A stretch of 64,000 nucleotides of DNA, from NCBI GenBank assembly GCA_017499595.2, contig CM039002.1:62001-126000 (forward strand). Direction: 5' to 3'. The notes beneath the pieces are model-generated. The model did not search any database. It had not been told where the DNA came from and was given only the letters and a program-made list of their open reading frames with translations. The DNA comes from Psilocybe cubensis (taxonomy: Eukaryota). Of this stretch, positions 13,735 to 25,644 are shown one piece after another (the stretch's first letter is position 1; every line of letters starts with the position of its first letter). Both the position numbers and the translations under genes were made by a program.

Positions 13735-14989
13735 TGAGAAAACAGTGAGGGGCTCTGAAGCGAAGATTAGGGATGGGTCAAGGTGATAAGAAACTGGGAG
13801 AGAACAATGGATGGTCAGATCTTTATAACATGAGAAAAAAACCCTGAACACGCCTTCTTCGAGTCATCCCTCAGCGCTGGATTTTGGCTGTGGGAAAGCG
13901 TGCTAACGCCACCTTTTGGTGTTTGATCACCACGCTTCCTAGTACTCTCTTCCATTGCGCTGGATGGGACGAGAAATGGACTCCAGACATTAACCTCAAG
14001 GTGAAGAAATTAACAATCCTCTGCGATTATCCCTCGTTTGAACAGCATTTTCTACCTCTAGGCTAAGTTGTGCAGGCATCAAGTACTGGGCACGCGGCAG
14101 CCGCGATGTGTACTACACCGGGTAGATCACAACGGATAAACAACACACAATATGCATAATAGTAGTACTTTTTCCCACCAGACCGACACCCTTAGTACGG
14201 TCAGTCGCCTGTTTGTACCTATCCGCACCGCTCACACGGTAACACAATACTTGACTTGGCATGTTTTGCTAGGTGGTTTTGCCTAATGCATCTTAAGAGT
14301 CACAGTAATGCACTCAATCAAAATCACACTTAAAGACTTTATTTCTAATATTGCGCTTCTTTACAATTGCAGGAACACGATATTAGGGAATAAGATGAAG
14401 GTCGGAAACGCTAAGCCAGTGTACAAACATCTACTGGAGAAGGACACAACGCACAATATGTCTGTGAGCGTCTTTTCTGTCTGGTATTTAAAAACCCCAC
14501 GTAAACGACAGGTTCATGACTTGCCGTTCGCCGTTTGACGTTCAACGGTTTGGCAAACCAGACCAGGACTTTGCTAGCCACAACAAAATTACCTTCACGT
14601 GATAGACGCGCGTCATGCAACGGCGGGTCCACGTCCCCTTGCCCTTTTCATCTTACATCCAACATCTATCCGTTCAAACTTCTACGCCCTTGACACATCC
14701 TTAGACACAAGTTTAACTACATTTCGTTCTGCTTTGATGTCTGTTGAGAAGTATGCAGACTCTGCACGAGAGACTCTCCCTGGAGGTAAGAAATCCCATG
14801 CTCAGCAAAGTGCGGATTTCCATATTGATTACCTTTAGAGACGACGCCAGCCTGGTCTCAGGAGTCTCGCCACAATTTTTACACATTCAAGAGACACACA
14901 AAGAAATTTCTATGCACCTTAAAGTCGACTGTATTAGCATTTCAGGCGAAGATGGAGCAGTCGATTACTTTAATCTCACACTCATTGAA

Positions 14990-16270
14990 GCTTGCCGATT
15001 ATGCCATGACCAAACTCATACAAATTGATAAGATGCAATGATAAGATAAATAAAATATTGGACTACTTCTGCCATCCAACGTTAGTCCCCCGCTCCCCAA
15101 CCGCTTTGTACTATGGCCTACGAACTACAGGTGTCAAGGATTAGGGGGGAAAGAAGGTGCAAGAATTAGCTGTCTGTCTGTATATCTACTATTGAAGTGC
15201 TTACTGTGCTATTTGCTTCGGCTAGTCCAAGTCGGGCCTCATTCCTTTATACACCATGTTCCATTCTTGTTTATACGCACTATGTGTTCCGCCTGTTCCC
15301 TACCCGATTGGCGCCCCTGTTGTACGATTGGGGCACTCCTTTCCGTCTCAAGCTGACATGAAGTACAAAAATGTCAAATCAAAACACTCGGTATGTGATT
15401 TTTCAAACACTTGCCCCTTCCATTTCCTTGTGTGTCTCGAGGCTCGGATCTGCAACCTTTGCATCAGTCCCCTCTATTACGAGAGACGGAGAATCAAATA
15501 TACCTTTGAGTATCATCTAGTGATCCGGCACTCCTCGTCAATGTTGGCTCAACATGTGGGAATGCGGAGGCTGAGTCTTCGTGTTCTTGGTTCTCAGACA
15601 AAGTATTGCGATTATCTGTCTCTCCAAAAGGAGGATTGAGCAAGGTGAAATTGAAATAAACACTGTACGCACCTCGTATGAATACTAAACCCTCATTGCT
15701 GTGGTGTGGTACTGCGTTGGTCTGGGTCCAGATGACCCTGTACGGGGTGTTTCTGCTATGAGGCAGGTCCGTTTTCTGTCTTGACGGGGCCTAGAAATAG
15801 GCAGGGCATCCAATGGGGTTCCAAATGTCGCCCGCACGGGGCCCTTTTATCTCCTTGCTCGTTTTGCGGCACCAACCTACAACCATTCGCGTCAGTCCCA
15901 AAATTTTTGAGAGATAGGAAATCAAAACATACCTTCGAGCATCTCCTGACGAGTCAGTTATCCATTCGGATATCTGCTCAATGGGTGTGAACCCGGGGCT
16001 TTCTTGCTGGTGATGTTCTATATGCTTGAATGTAGCGCTTTGCTTACTTGTCTCTCCAGATGGAGGACTCGGCAAGTTGTATTGTCGTGCAGTATTTAAA
16101 CATATCAGGGATTACCGCCGACGGGATATCCTCTAAATCACCCTCTACTCCACTCAGAGGGTAGCGGTTAACTATTACATCGATCATGCATATTTTAGAA
16201 CAAAATTCATACAGTAACAAATCAAGATCTCACCTATGGTACCCGTTTCATCCCATTCATTCCGACCAAG
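14990..16270 (-). pseudogene. Family X, two fused partial copies
   Basis: 3' block at 14990-15050; ..DARR|YVLISYLSK junction at about 15930; YPLSGVEG exon at about 16100-16170; 15730-16270 is paralogous to 48020-48660. Confidence 0.5.
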
Positions 16271-19200
16271 GGTAATTAAATGAACTCATTAATATGCAGA
16301 TGTTAAATGACGCACCTAGCGGCATGTTTCATTCTTTGTGCCGGAACGCTGCAGTGTTTGTTGATTCTCACAGTCACAATGTACACACAATTTAGCAAAC
16401 AATTTTGTAAAACTCATCGCAACGCCTGGTACTTGGTGGAGAGTGTTAAAATCGACGACAGGAGGAGAGAGTCGATAAAGTTGGGACAAAAAAGACAAGA
16501 ACTTCGCACCGATTTACTGAAGATAATTGGGTACTATGGTCAAGATCTTCAAATCTACAAGAGCCACGATGAATCCTCCGAGTGGATGCATACTGAACAG
16601 ATGAAAGCGCTCCATCAGAGTCGCGCTCGGTGCTGTGGCTAAAGTTGGACAGGGGTGTGGGAGAAATGGGGCTGACGTGATCAAGTTTCGAGCGGAGATT
16701 AAACGTCTTCGGCTCACACGACAAACACAACGGTGTTGGCTTTGGGCGACGCGAAATTTAATCCACCAGGGCCTTCTTCACCTACGTTAGACAGCTATGA
16801 TCTTACATCCAAAGGTTCTTCCACACACTCCACACCGACTCCACATCCGCGTAGCACACAGGCGTAAACCACCCGCCGGCCGGATACTTTCACGGCACCT
16901 CGTCCTGCATTAAAGGTTAAAGAAGGTTGCTGATACGTTTGAAAACCTATATTACGTCGCAACGACACCCCTTCTGTTCCACTCTAATTAGCAGTCGATC
17001 CCACCCTCAAGCATGGGACCTGCACATATTCGATTTTCATGCATTTTTTACTACGTCACGAACACTCGCATCCTCTCCATCTCCTTCCCTTTTTAGATGG
17101 GACCACCGTAAGTTCCTCTCTCCTCGTTCTCGTCACAAGGCTCAACTGCAAAATACCGGGTGTATCCCATCACTTCCTCGACGGTTTTGAGCGTGAGAAT
17201 CGGGATGTTTACCAACGGAGGTCGATGTTGGGCTTTCAGTTTCTCTTTCCATTTCTCTGGTACGTCTCCCCTTCTGTTCTTTGCTGTACATCTTCCTCTA
17301 TTCTCCATGATATGTATTCCCCTGCCTCTTTCCTTGACTCCCTCACTGATTCTCTAAGCTTCCCTCCTCATTGTAGTTGTCAAGGCTCAATTTGATTTTC
17401 GCACAAGCTCCCGCCCGACTCCTCGCTCCCCAGCACATCCCCCTCCTCTTATCCTGTAGCTTACAACCCACGACTTCCGTTCATAAGGGTGATTTACGGT
17501 TTGTGAGCGGGACCCTCGCGGGGTCAGGAAGAGTGATAGAGTTGTCAAACGTGTGGAGGCGACCGTGCCGCTTCCGGAGGTCGATGCGAAGGTCTTCTCA
17601 TCACTGGGTTTTGTGGTCCGTATCTCCACCATTGTCTATGTTTTGGGTGCTCACTGCTTATGTCTCGATTCTTTCGTTTACTACCCATACTTTTGCTTCA
17701 TTAGAGTTTCCAACGCTGAACTCTCCGTTCATACAATCCCCCCAAGCTCCCGCTTGACTCAACGCTCCTCAACACACGCTCCCCCTCGTCTTCTACGGCC
17801 TACCCTTCATATATGCATTGCCCACTGCACCGTACACCCTGTTTTGGCAGTGCGTACCCTGCTTGTTTGTTATACCCGTATTTCTCTTTCTTTTTGACTT
17901 ATTTACCATACAGGGCGGATAAACGAAAACAAAAGAAGATTGTGAAAATGAAGACAAACAACAAACACGAATAGGCAACGGCGCTCACCACAGAGAAAAT
18001 AAGACACTGCGGCCTCACCTTCACGTATGTTTGGTCCTCTGTGCGTTACATCCCATCCTTGACCAGTAATCGGCACCCAGATACTTTGGTTCGCCCATCT
18101 TTGGTTCTCTTTTGTGACTAATTTACCATACAGGGCTGTTAAACGAAAACAAAAGAACATTGTGAATGCGAACACAAACAACAAACGCAACCAGGCAAAG
18201 GCGCCCACCGCGTGGGGAATGAGGCTCCCTAGTTTAACAACGATTGATTGTATGCGGCGTTGGCATCAACCTGTTACACTCGGCATTATCTCGTCGTAAC
18301 CGCGGTGTATGCGCATACGGGGAGTTGGGTTTAGTGTGTTCATGTCCCCCTGTTTATGCCCCCCTCTCTCAGGGATCGGGATACTGATATTCCTCTGCAT
18401 AATATCTGTGAAGCACAGAGTGCAGTATTGTTTGGGATGAGACCGTACTAAAATGAAATAATGGGGTGGTTTGTTACGTTCTCCGTAGAATAACGTCTTT
18501 ACTTGAATCATACGCAAAGAGACCTTTGCTTTATACAATATATATACTCGGACACCGCGTCAATGTCAATACCTAATTATCAATGTTCCACATTATCACT
18601 CCAGACAAGGGGACTCGGACACTGATGCCACTGTGGCATGGACGTAAACACCGTACTCTCAACTTTGTGTCTCACACCCCATACACCCCTCCCTCAATCT
18701 CAACATATCAATCGTTCGACGATCATCCATTATCTGTCTATAGCTACACCCGATCCCCCGTGGCCAATGATCCCACGATCAGAGCAGGAACACCGAATTT
18801 CTAGCTCCTCAACGTGAACCCTTTGAGGACGCACAATTTGGCTTCACCCTTCGTAACACTTCGTAACTGTCGTGCAGTACGAATATGTGAGTGAATTCCC
18901 GAGTATCATTTCGTTGTTTTGAATGTGCGCTAACCACTGCTGTTACTATTACTAACCAGTTCTTGCGCTGTTCATTCTCCAGGTACATCAATGATATGGT
19001 ACTCCCCCTTCGACACATCGTCTTCGAAAAGACGAACTTGGGAGTACCATCACTAGCCTGTCGCCCTAAGCAACAACAAAGCGATTCATATCGCCTAACA
19101 CTCCCAGCTAGGAATACGAGTCGGACACAGGCCAACAGAATAAGAGGAATAGGGGAGAAGTGATCAGAAAGATTGGAGCGGGTAGACGTGTGATATCGCG

Positions 19201-21723
19201 GGTAAGCGACTTTGGTTGACTGTGGCTTTGACCTGCTGTGCTGCAATTCAATCCGCGTGCTTGTAATTCAATCTTGAACGTTAAGGCCTAAGGTGCACAC
19301 AGATGGTTTTGGATCATAGTCGTAATTTTATATCTTAATCTTAATGAGTTACCCACAAAATCACATTTGATCGCTGAGAAACGATACAATTTCACTATGC
19401 AAATACACTTATTATTATCATTAATCAACCATAAAGAACAGCCACACCACCCACATGTGTAGACTAAACACCCTAAACAAGGGTGTGCGTATAGGGTGTA
19501 TACGAAACCACACCTGCTTTGACGAGACCCGGACAGCGTGAGTGATAGGAAATGTAAAACAATATTAAGTATCGTGCAACACATCACCCAGAGAGGTTGG
19601 ACGATGAGGCACCTACACACGCAATGGACACAGACGTAAATACGCTCTGAGCGATGGATGATTCTGCACACGGGAATACACTCTTGCACAAAGTCACAAG
19701 TGCCGCGTCGCGTCGACATGCCCGCTAGGATCGAGGGATAGACCTCCCCCCATGAATGCATATGTGGGTTTGCGAGTCAAAATCAGACCGTGGAATATAT
19801 GGGAAGGAACAGGTGAGAGTGTAGTGGCGCAGCAAGACGGTATGAGGTACGCACATGCACCGTGCGATTGCAGTACAATACTGGGATGTTTCAGATGTTA
19901 AGCAGAGAAAGAAGGAGTTGACAGAGAGAGTAGAGCGGAAGAGGCAGAGAAACATGGTAGTCATATGCAATTAACGAGCTGCACAGAGTCGAGTGGAATC
20001 GGGATAAGATGTGAAATTAAGACTCACTCAAACGACGGTTCAACAACACCTTCGCCAAGCGACGCTGTACATGATGCTCAGTTTGTCCGATACCGACCAT
20101 ACAATACCACAGTGGAAAATGGTGCGATGATTTATCAATGTGGGGGTGGAATGGTTAGGATGTGAGCATGAAGGCGGTGGTAGATTCTATGCAGAGGAAA
20201 CAGTGAGGATATGAATCACAGAAGAAGACTCACTCGGCTTACACACACGCGCGCACATCCAACACATCCACCCACACCGTCGTTACGCTTCTCATAGTAC
20301 CCAATGCATCTACATCAAACACCCAAATTTGCCGCGACCCTATACGTACCCGATCACACGCCAACAAAGCACGTATGTGTGCAGATGACACCCTCTTGAT
20401 CTCGCTCTTGTTCCATACGGGAGTCCGATTTGTAAAGGACAATAGTGACGCGGGTTCGACGTCGATACGTGGCTTCTCAAGCAACATACCACCAGTACAC
20501 AGAAGCGAGGATGCACCAGACGAAAAGGACGTGGACTGGAACGTCAAATTGACGGGTATGAGTGGTGGTTTCGATGTTGCGCATCAGAAGGTTCATTGAG
20601 CCAGAGTGTGAGTGCGAGTGGTGGGGTATCGGGGTGGGCGTAGATGGCAAGGTTAAGGGTCGGAACCGAGATGAGGAGAGACCGTGTCGATAGCAAAGCG
20701 TGTTGATCCGTACTGCCTGTTACGGTGTTTAGCCGTGTTGTTACGAGTCTTTACGTAAGTAAAGATGAGTTCTTTTATCCCCACAACCCAGCGAGCAAAA
20801 ATGTCCTCGCCAATTGTCCCCATCAAAATATTATTGATGCGATCAATGTCGTTACCGCTATCGGTATTTTCCTTAAGCGGTCACCGGACCCCCTAAGCAA
20901 CCCCTTTCCAATTCATTCTACAACTTCTTTTTACCATTGGTTACTTTAAAGGTTGTTTTTGATTTGTTTTGATCGCAATGTGAATGTGCGTTTCCATAAA
21001 ATTAATTATACCCAACAACAATAGTCCTACTCAATTCACTTTTTTGTGTTGTTGTTTAATTTTTAAAACCATGTGGAACCGTCTAGCCAACGTGCTTATA
21101 TATTGTACTAATACTTAGAGATGGAACAAATGCACTCTTTGAACTATGGGTCTGAAAGGTTGGAAATAGAACTGTGCAGGCACACACGTTCCTTGATATC
21201 GGTAGCTTCATCAATCAGAGTTCAAATAGAAATAATTACGTGTTCTTGGGTTCTGGGCGTTCTGTACTATTTGAATTTGATTTTCTGATTCATGATCATT
21301 TCTCACGCATACCAATTTGTTCTTCCCCTACGTCGGGCGTCTATCGGCTTACGGTTAATATATTTATTGACGTAGTATAGACAATGCACTTTTCTCCGCA
21401 CTGTTTTACCCATGGCTTCCGCGTTATCCCCCCGTTTCCAACAGTATGTTCACTGTTTTATCTCATTTGGTTATTACTTATTTTTTAGAGTCTTTCCGCC
21501 TCCCATGGACGATGTGTACATGGATCAGATGGATCTGAAAACCCTCTACCGTTTCTCTTGGACTTGCAAGGAGCTAAACGACCGTGTTTTGGGCTATATG
21601 CGCCGCGCCTTCTGTCCCAAAAATTTATTTGCTCCTATCTTCAAACCCAATGAACATTTGCTGTTTCGTCTTCTCCAGTTCAAGACTGGCCTGGTTATTT
21701 CAGGTTCCACCGTTTTGCATTTT

Positions 21724-23286
21724 ACTTGTTTTAGTGGTCCAACGCAAAGCGTGGCATGACAAGACTTTACATCTTACAATTATATAAAATATTTTTTAAT
21801 CTAGATTTATATAACATAGTTAATATATATTAATATGTTCTGAATGCACAGCCAGATACTGGGCAAGGTTATGATTAATTACTATGACTTAGGTCTACTA
21901 CAAGCTTAGTTGTGTCAGACACAAAAAATAGCTGCACAGGTTATAAGGCCTAATTGTAAGGAAGAACTTGTCTATTATAATTTTCATACCTGCTAAATAT
22001 TGAAGAATTCCAGATCTGCTGGGAGAATCCCGTATGGAAAACTGATGGAAGAATGCTCATGTGTATGGCTGCCCAAGTGGGGACATATTTCCCATAAATA
22101 TAATTTTCTTATTTTTGAAAAGTGCATCAAGAGTTAAACAATATTGTGTGCAAAAACATTTGTTTGGTGCGCATATTTCTTTTTGGTATAGTTTGATGTT
22201 GCTGTGAACACAATTGGCTGTGTGGAAACATATTTCAAGCATAATTTGCAAGTGTTAGTGCATTATTTCTTCCCCAAAATACATTCAATGCATGGAAAAC
22301 ATTATTCAAAATGACCATCTCTTGACCAAAGTGGCCAGTGCTCAATGCAAATTGAGTGTAGTGACCGTGGGAATATCCTGCGTACAGTGTGCGCAGGATA
22401 TTCCCACGACCTGCTTATTAATTCACGGCCAGTACAAACACCACAGCAAGTAAAATATAATAAGATCATCTAAACTAGGACTGAAAATAATTATTATTGC
22501 CAAAAATACTTGTATTTTACCTAAAGTATATGCAATGCATCTCAGTAATATATCAGGAATTACCAGAGAAGTTCAAGTTGCTCAATGCAAAGTGCGGCAA
22601 CCGTGAGAATAACTTGCATACACTATATGCAAGTTATTCCCACAGTCTGCTTATTAATTCATGGCCAGTATGAACAGCACAACAAGTTTAATATGACAAG
22701 TTATTTGAAGTGGCATTAAAGATAATAGCTAGATACATAATGTTTATTATTCTTTATTCTATGCCACCACAGTCTGCTAGTCATTCATGCTAATTTTTTT
22801 TGATAACAATAAAGCATTCTATTTACCTCTACTTGCCGTTAGAGGTGTATAAAGCATGCAAAACAGTTGGTATGTAATTGATTGTGACTAATTAATGGCC
22901 TTAAATCAGTTGAATGAGGTCATTATTATAAAATTTTTGGTTATGAGCGATGATTATCTGCGTCAAAATGTTTAACTTGCAATTAAAAAGTCATAATGTA
23001 ATAGTATCTAATTTTGTTTTCTACCATATGGCAGCTAACCTATCTACCTAGCTAATATCTAGTATTTTAATTTCCATATCCCCTTGGTAGGAACAAAAAC
23101 TAACAGAAATTCTATGATAGTAACCGATTATTAAGTCAAGCATACCGGTTAAGTAAAAAACCGGTATTAATCACGCAATTTTGATGGCATCAATGATTTA
23201 CTGATGGGGACAATTGGCAAGGACATATTTTTGTACAGTGGGTTGTGGGGATAAAAGAACTTGCTTTACTTACATAAAGTTTCATA
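21724..23286 (-). mobile_element. Nested, inverted, AT-rich relative of the same Helentron-like family (about 1.56 kb)
   Basis: 21725-21770 matches the reverse complement of the outer 3' end (CTTGTTTTAGTGG...GCGTGGCATGAC.AG.CTTTAC). 23160-23286 matches the reverse complement of the outer 5' end (TAAGTAAAG..AGTTCTTTTATCCCCACAACCC..GCCAATTGTCCCCATCA). Removing it restores the cargo reading frame HF-INRANIWIPGDMDMYV. Confidence 0.85.
22339..22690. repeat. Two copies of the same 41-43 bp palindrome within an approximately 237-bp-period duplication in the nested element
   Basis: Palindromes at 22366-22408 and 22603-22643, each preceded by TGCTCAATGCAAA and followed by CTGCTTATTAATTCA.GGCCAGTA. 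Confidence 0.9.
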
Positions 23287-24343
23287 ATCAATCGTGCTAA
23301 TATATGGATTCCGGGTGACATGGACATGTATGTCGAGCACAGATAAACATCCTCTTCATCGACATTACAATACCACTGGAGTGGTCGTTAACCTATGGTG
23401 CCAAGGTTCTTTTGTCCAACTGATTACGACTTGTCAATCGGTGGTAGAGTGCATTTTGGGGTATCATAGCAGTATGTCCCCAATGTCATGTGTCAAAACA
23501 ATGTTAACTTCAATTTTGTTCTACTGCAGCCGGCGTCATGAATTTTGTTACCTTTGAGAAGGTGTACAGCTTGTATCCAAATGCTACCTTTGGACATCAA
23601 GTCTCTCTGTTGCAACCTTCTGCCGACCTCAAGCGCGCGCAAAAATTTCTTGCAAAATATCATTCCCGTGGCTTGAAATTTGATCTTTCCATTCCATCGC
23701 AAACTTTGAAAATGGACCGCCATATCCAAAGCAGAATACAGTCTATCAGGGACAATGTAAATGTTGGGTATAGTTCATCTCGTGGTCATGTTCTCGTTGT
23801 GCTGGATTACGATCCTTATCCAGAGTTGTTCTCTCCTGGGATTAGACGGGTTGGCGATAGGCATTGTTGGGTTTATTCTTTGCCTCTTTTACCCAAAGCA
23901 AATCAGACTTTCTTTGTTGAAGCCAATTCATGGGCATTGTTGCTCAATGAATTTGATTGTTTGCATTTTGGTGTCCGTCGCATCAACAGTATCGCATTAG
24001 ATTTTCACTACACAGCGGCAGATGTTTACCAATTACACAAGTGTGTCAAAAAAGCTATCAAATCCTGGGAAAGGGGTATAAGGTGTGTGCTCTTTAGTTT
24101 TAGTATTTGTCAATTTAATTCCTGTAATGTAGGCAAAAAGATGACCGTGTACATGCAACTGTTTTGTATTTGCTATCCAGAAAGGCAGATATTTTTTGGT
24201 TGCATCGCCCTCAACCACAAAGCCTCTTGTGGAATGGATATTTGTAATTTCTTCCATCCTTAGTCAAATTTTTGTTCGAAATAAACTTGTGTTCTCATCC
24301 TCATTCTTTTTGTCTTAATTTGTAAGTTTGACTTGCGGATGAG

Positions 24344-24524
24344 CGTGGGAATATCCTGCGTACAGTGTACGCAGAATATTCCCACGGTCAACCTCTCCCA
24401 ATATTCAGCCGAGTGTGGGAATATTCTGCGTACACTGTACGCAGAATTCTCCCACGGACTTCCTCGCCGATATTCAGCTGAGTGTGGGAATATTCTGCGT
24501 ACAGTGTACGCAGGATTCTCCCAT
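24344..24524. repeat. Tandem array of three 41-43 bp palindromes (period 69-70 bp)
   Basis: CGTGGGAATATCCTGCGTACA-G-TGTACGCAGAATATTCCCACG at 24344-24386, with copies at 24415-24455 and 24484-24524. Confidence 0.95.
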
Positions 24525-24669
24525 GGGGTGCCAACTAACACCTTCAGATAATTTCTGTCATGAAAACGACTTGACAAATTATTCCTTGTTATTTACAATG
24601 TTCACACAAATGGATTGATTGTTCGTTCAGCACATTTATGATATCCTTGTCTTTCTATGTACATATGTA

Positions 24670-25644
24670 TTAATCTTGGGACATAGTATTGCTATTGTGG
24701 ACTGTGTCCTCATTTAAGCGCATACGTGCCATCCTCTGTTGCGTGTCTTCAATGTCAATCTGACCTTTGTACAGCTGCCTCTTTGTCCTACACAAAACAG
24801 CAACCTGTCTTTTCGCTGGAGTATAGCGCGACCGCATTCTGAGAATATCAGCTTTCTGTTGGAAGTTATAAATGGCTATGAGACTGTTTAATGTAACATT
24901 GCTTACCTCTCTTGCCTCCTGGTCCAAGGCAAGTATTCCGCGAAGAGCGACAACAAATTTGTACTTGTTTCCTTGGGCAGGAAATGCAACAAAGGCAACA
25001 CTGATCTCGACAATGTTTCCAATTTGTATGGAGGCAGGATTATAAGAATAATATCTGTTGCAACATGATATTAGTTTGGTTGTGATGTGTTGTTGGTATT
25101 TTCTAAACATACCTGGCTGTTCCGTCAGGAAGTATCTCCCGACGAAGAAACTGTACCTTGTTATCGATTGCGTGGATGAAACTATCCCCTACCATGGACG
25201 CCAACACGTTATCAGGGTTGACCAGGGGATGAAAACCTATGTTGTCAGATTAGTCTTAATATGCGGATACCTTCGTGAAATATTGGCTATGCGCATGGAA
25301 AACATTGAAACCCGTGTCTTTGTGAAGAACTGGGTCATAGCCGCTGACGCTGTCCGCGGGAAAATTGTTTGCAAAACGGAGGAAAACTTCTTCTAGCTTT
25401 TCCATCACCTTATTGAACACAATGTCTCCGAGTCCCGTGATAGCAATGGCGGTACGTAAATATGGTTGTTGCTTGACCGTTCTGTCGCGGCTGTAACAGT
25501 CCTCATTTGTAATTAATTCACCTCAATGGAGTGGACGTACGAAGCAGGCTTTGCCATTGGTGGTAGCATCTTGTCGCTAACTATGCCTTGGAGTCTGAAT
25601 ATCACTTCGTCCATTGCACCGATATCCACGTCAAAGTTGGACAT
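24670..25644 (-). pseudogene. Helentron cargo gene 2: uncharacterised, possibly OB-fold ssDNA-binding-like; two in-frame TAA stops
   Basis: Spliced reading MSNFDVDIGAMDEVIFRLQGIVSDKMLPP...YLRTAIAITGLGD...HSQYFTKVSAY*D*SDNIGFHPLVNPDNVL...FIHAIDNKVQF...NPASIQIGNIVEISVAFVAFP..KYKFVVALRGILALD, with canonical introns. The fold assignment is inference only. Confidence 0.6.

Larger units (their letters stand above)
21412..24247 (+). pseudogene. Helentron cargo gene 1: N-terminal F-box-like segment plus GS...DxD nucleotidyltransferase-like motif; interrupted
   Basis: VFPPPMDDVYMDQMDLKTLYRFSWTCKEL (F-box-like) ... TGLVISGSTVLHF | nested insertion | INRANIWIPGDMDMYVEHR* ... FVQLITTCQSVVECILGYHS..VMNFVTFEKVYSLYPNATF...RRVGDRHCW. 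GT-AG introns are present; there is a stop after VEHR. Confidence 0.65.

Noticed and set aside
14737-15042. Possible two-exon small gene MSVEKYADSARETLPG|ETTPAWS...
   Set aside because: Single plausible intron only, no homologue in the window, and it runs antisense into a family X 3' block; insufficient support.
24344-24524. CRISPR-like array (palindromic repeats separated by about 28-nt spacers)
   Set aside because: Only three units, the spacers resemble each other (..ATATTCAGC.GAGT), there are no cas genes and the context is eukaryotic. Better explained as tandem duplication of a palindrome-containing unit.
24260-24618. ORFs 24260-24577, 24333-24551 and 24415-24618 with repeated peptides
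   Set aside because: By-products of the palindromic tandem repeat, open on both strands.
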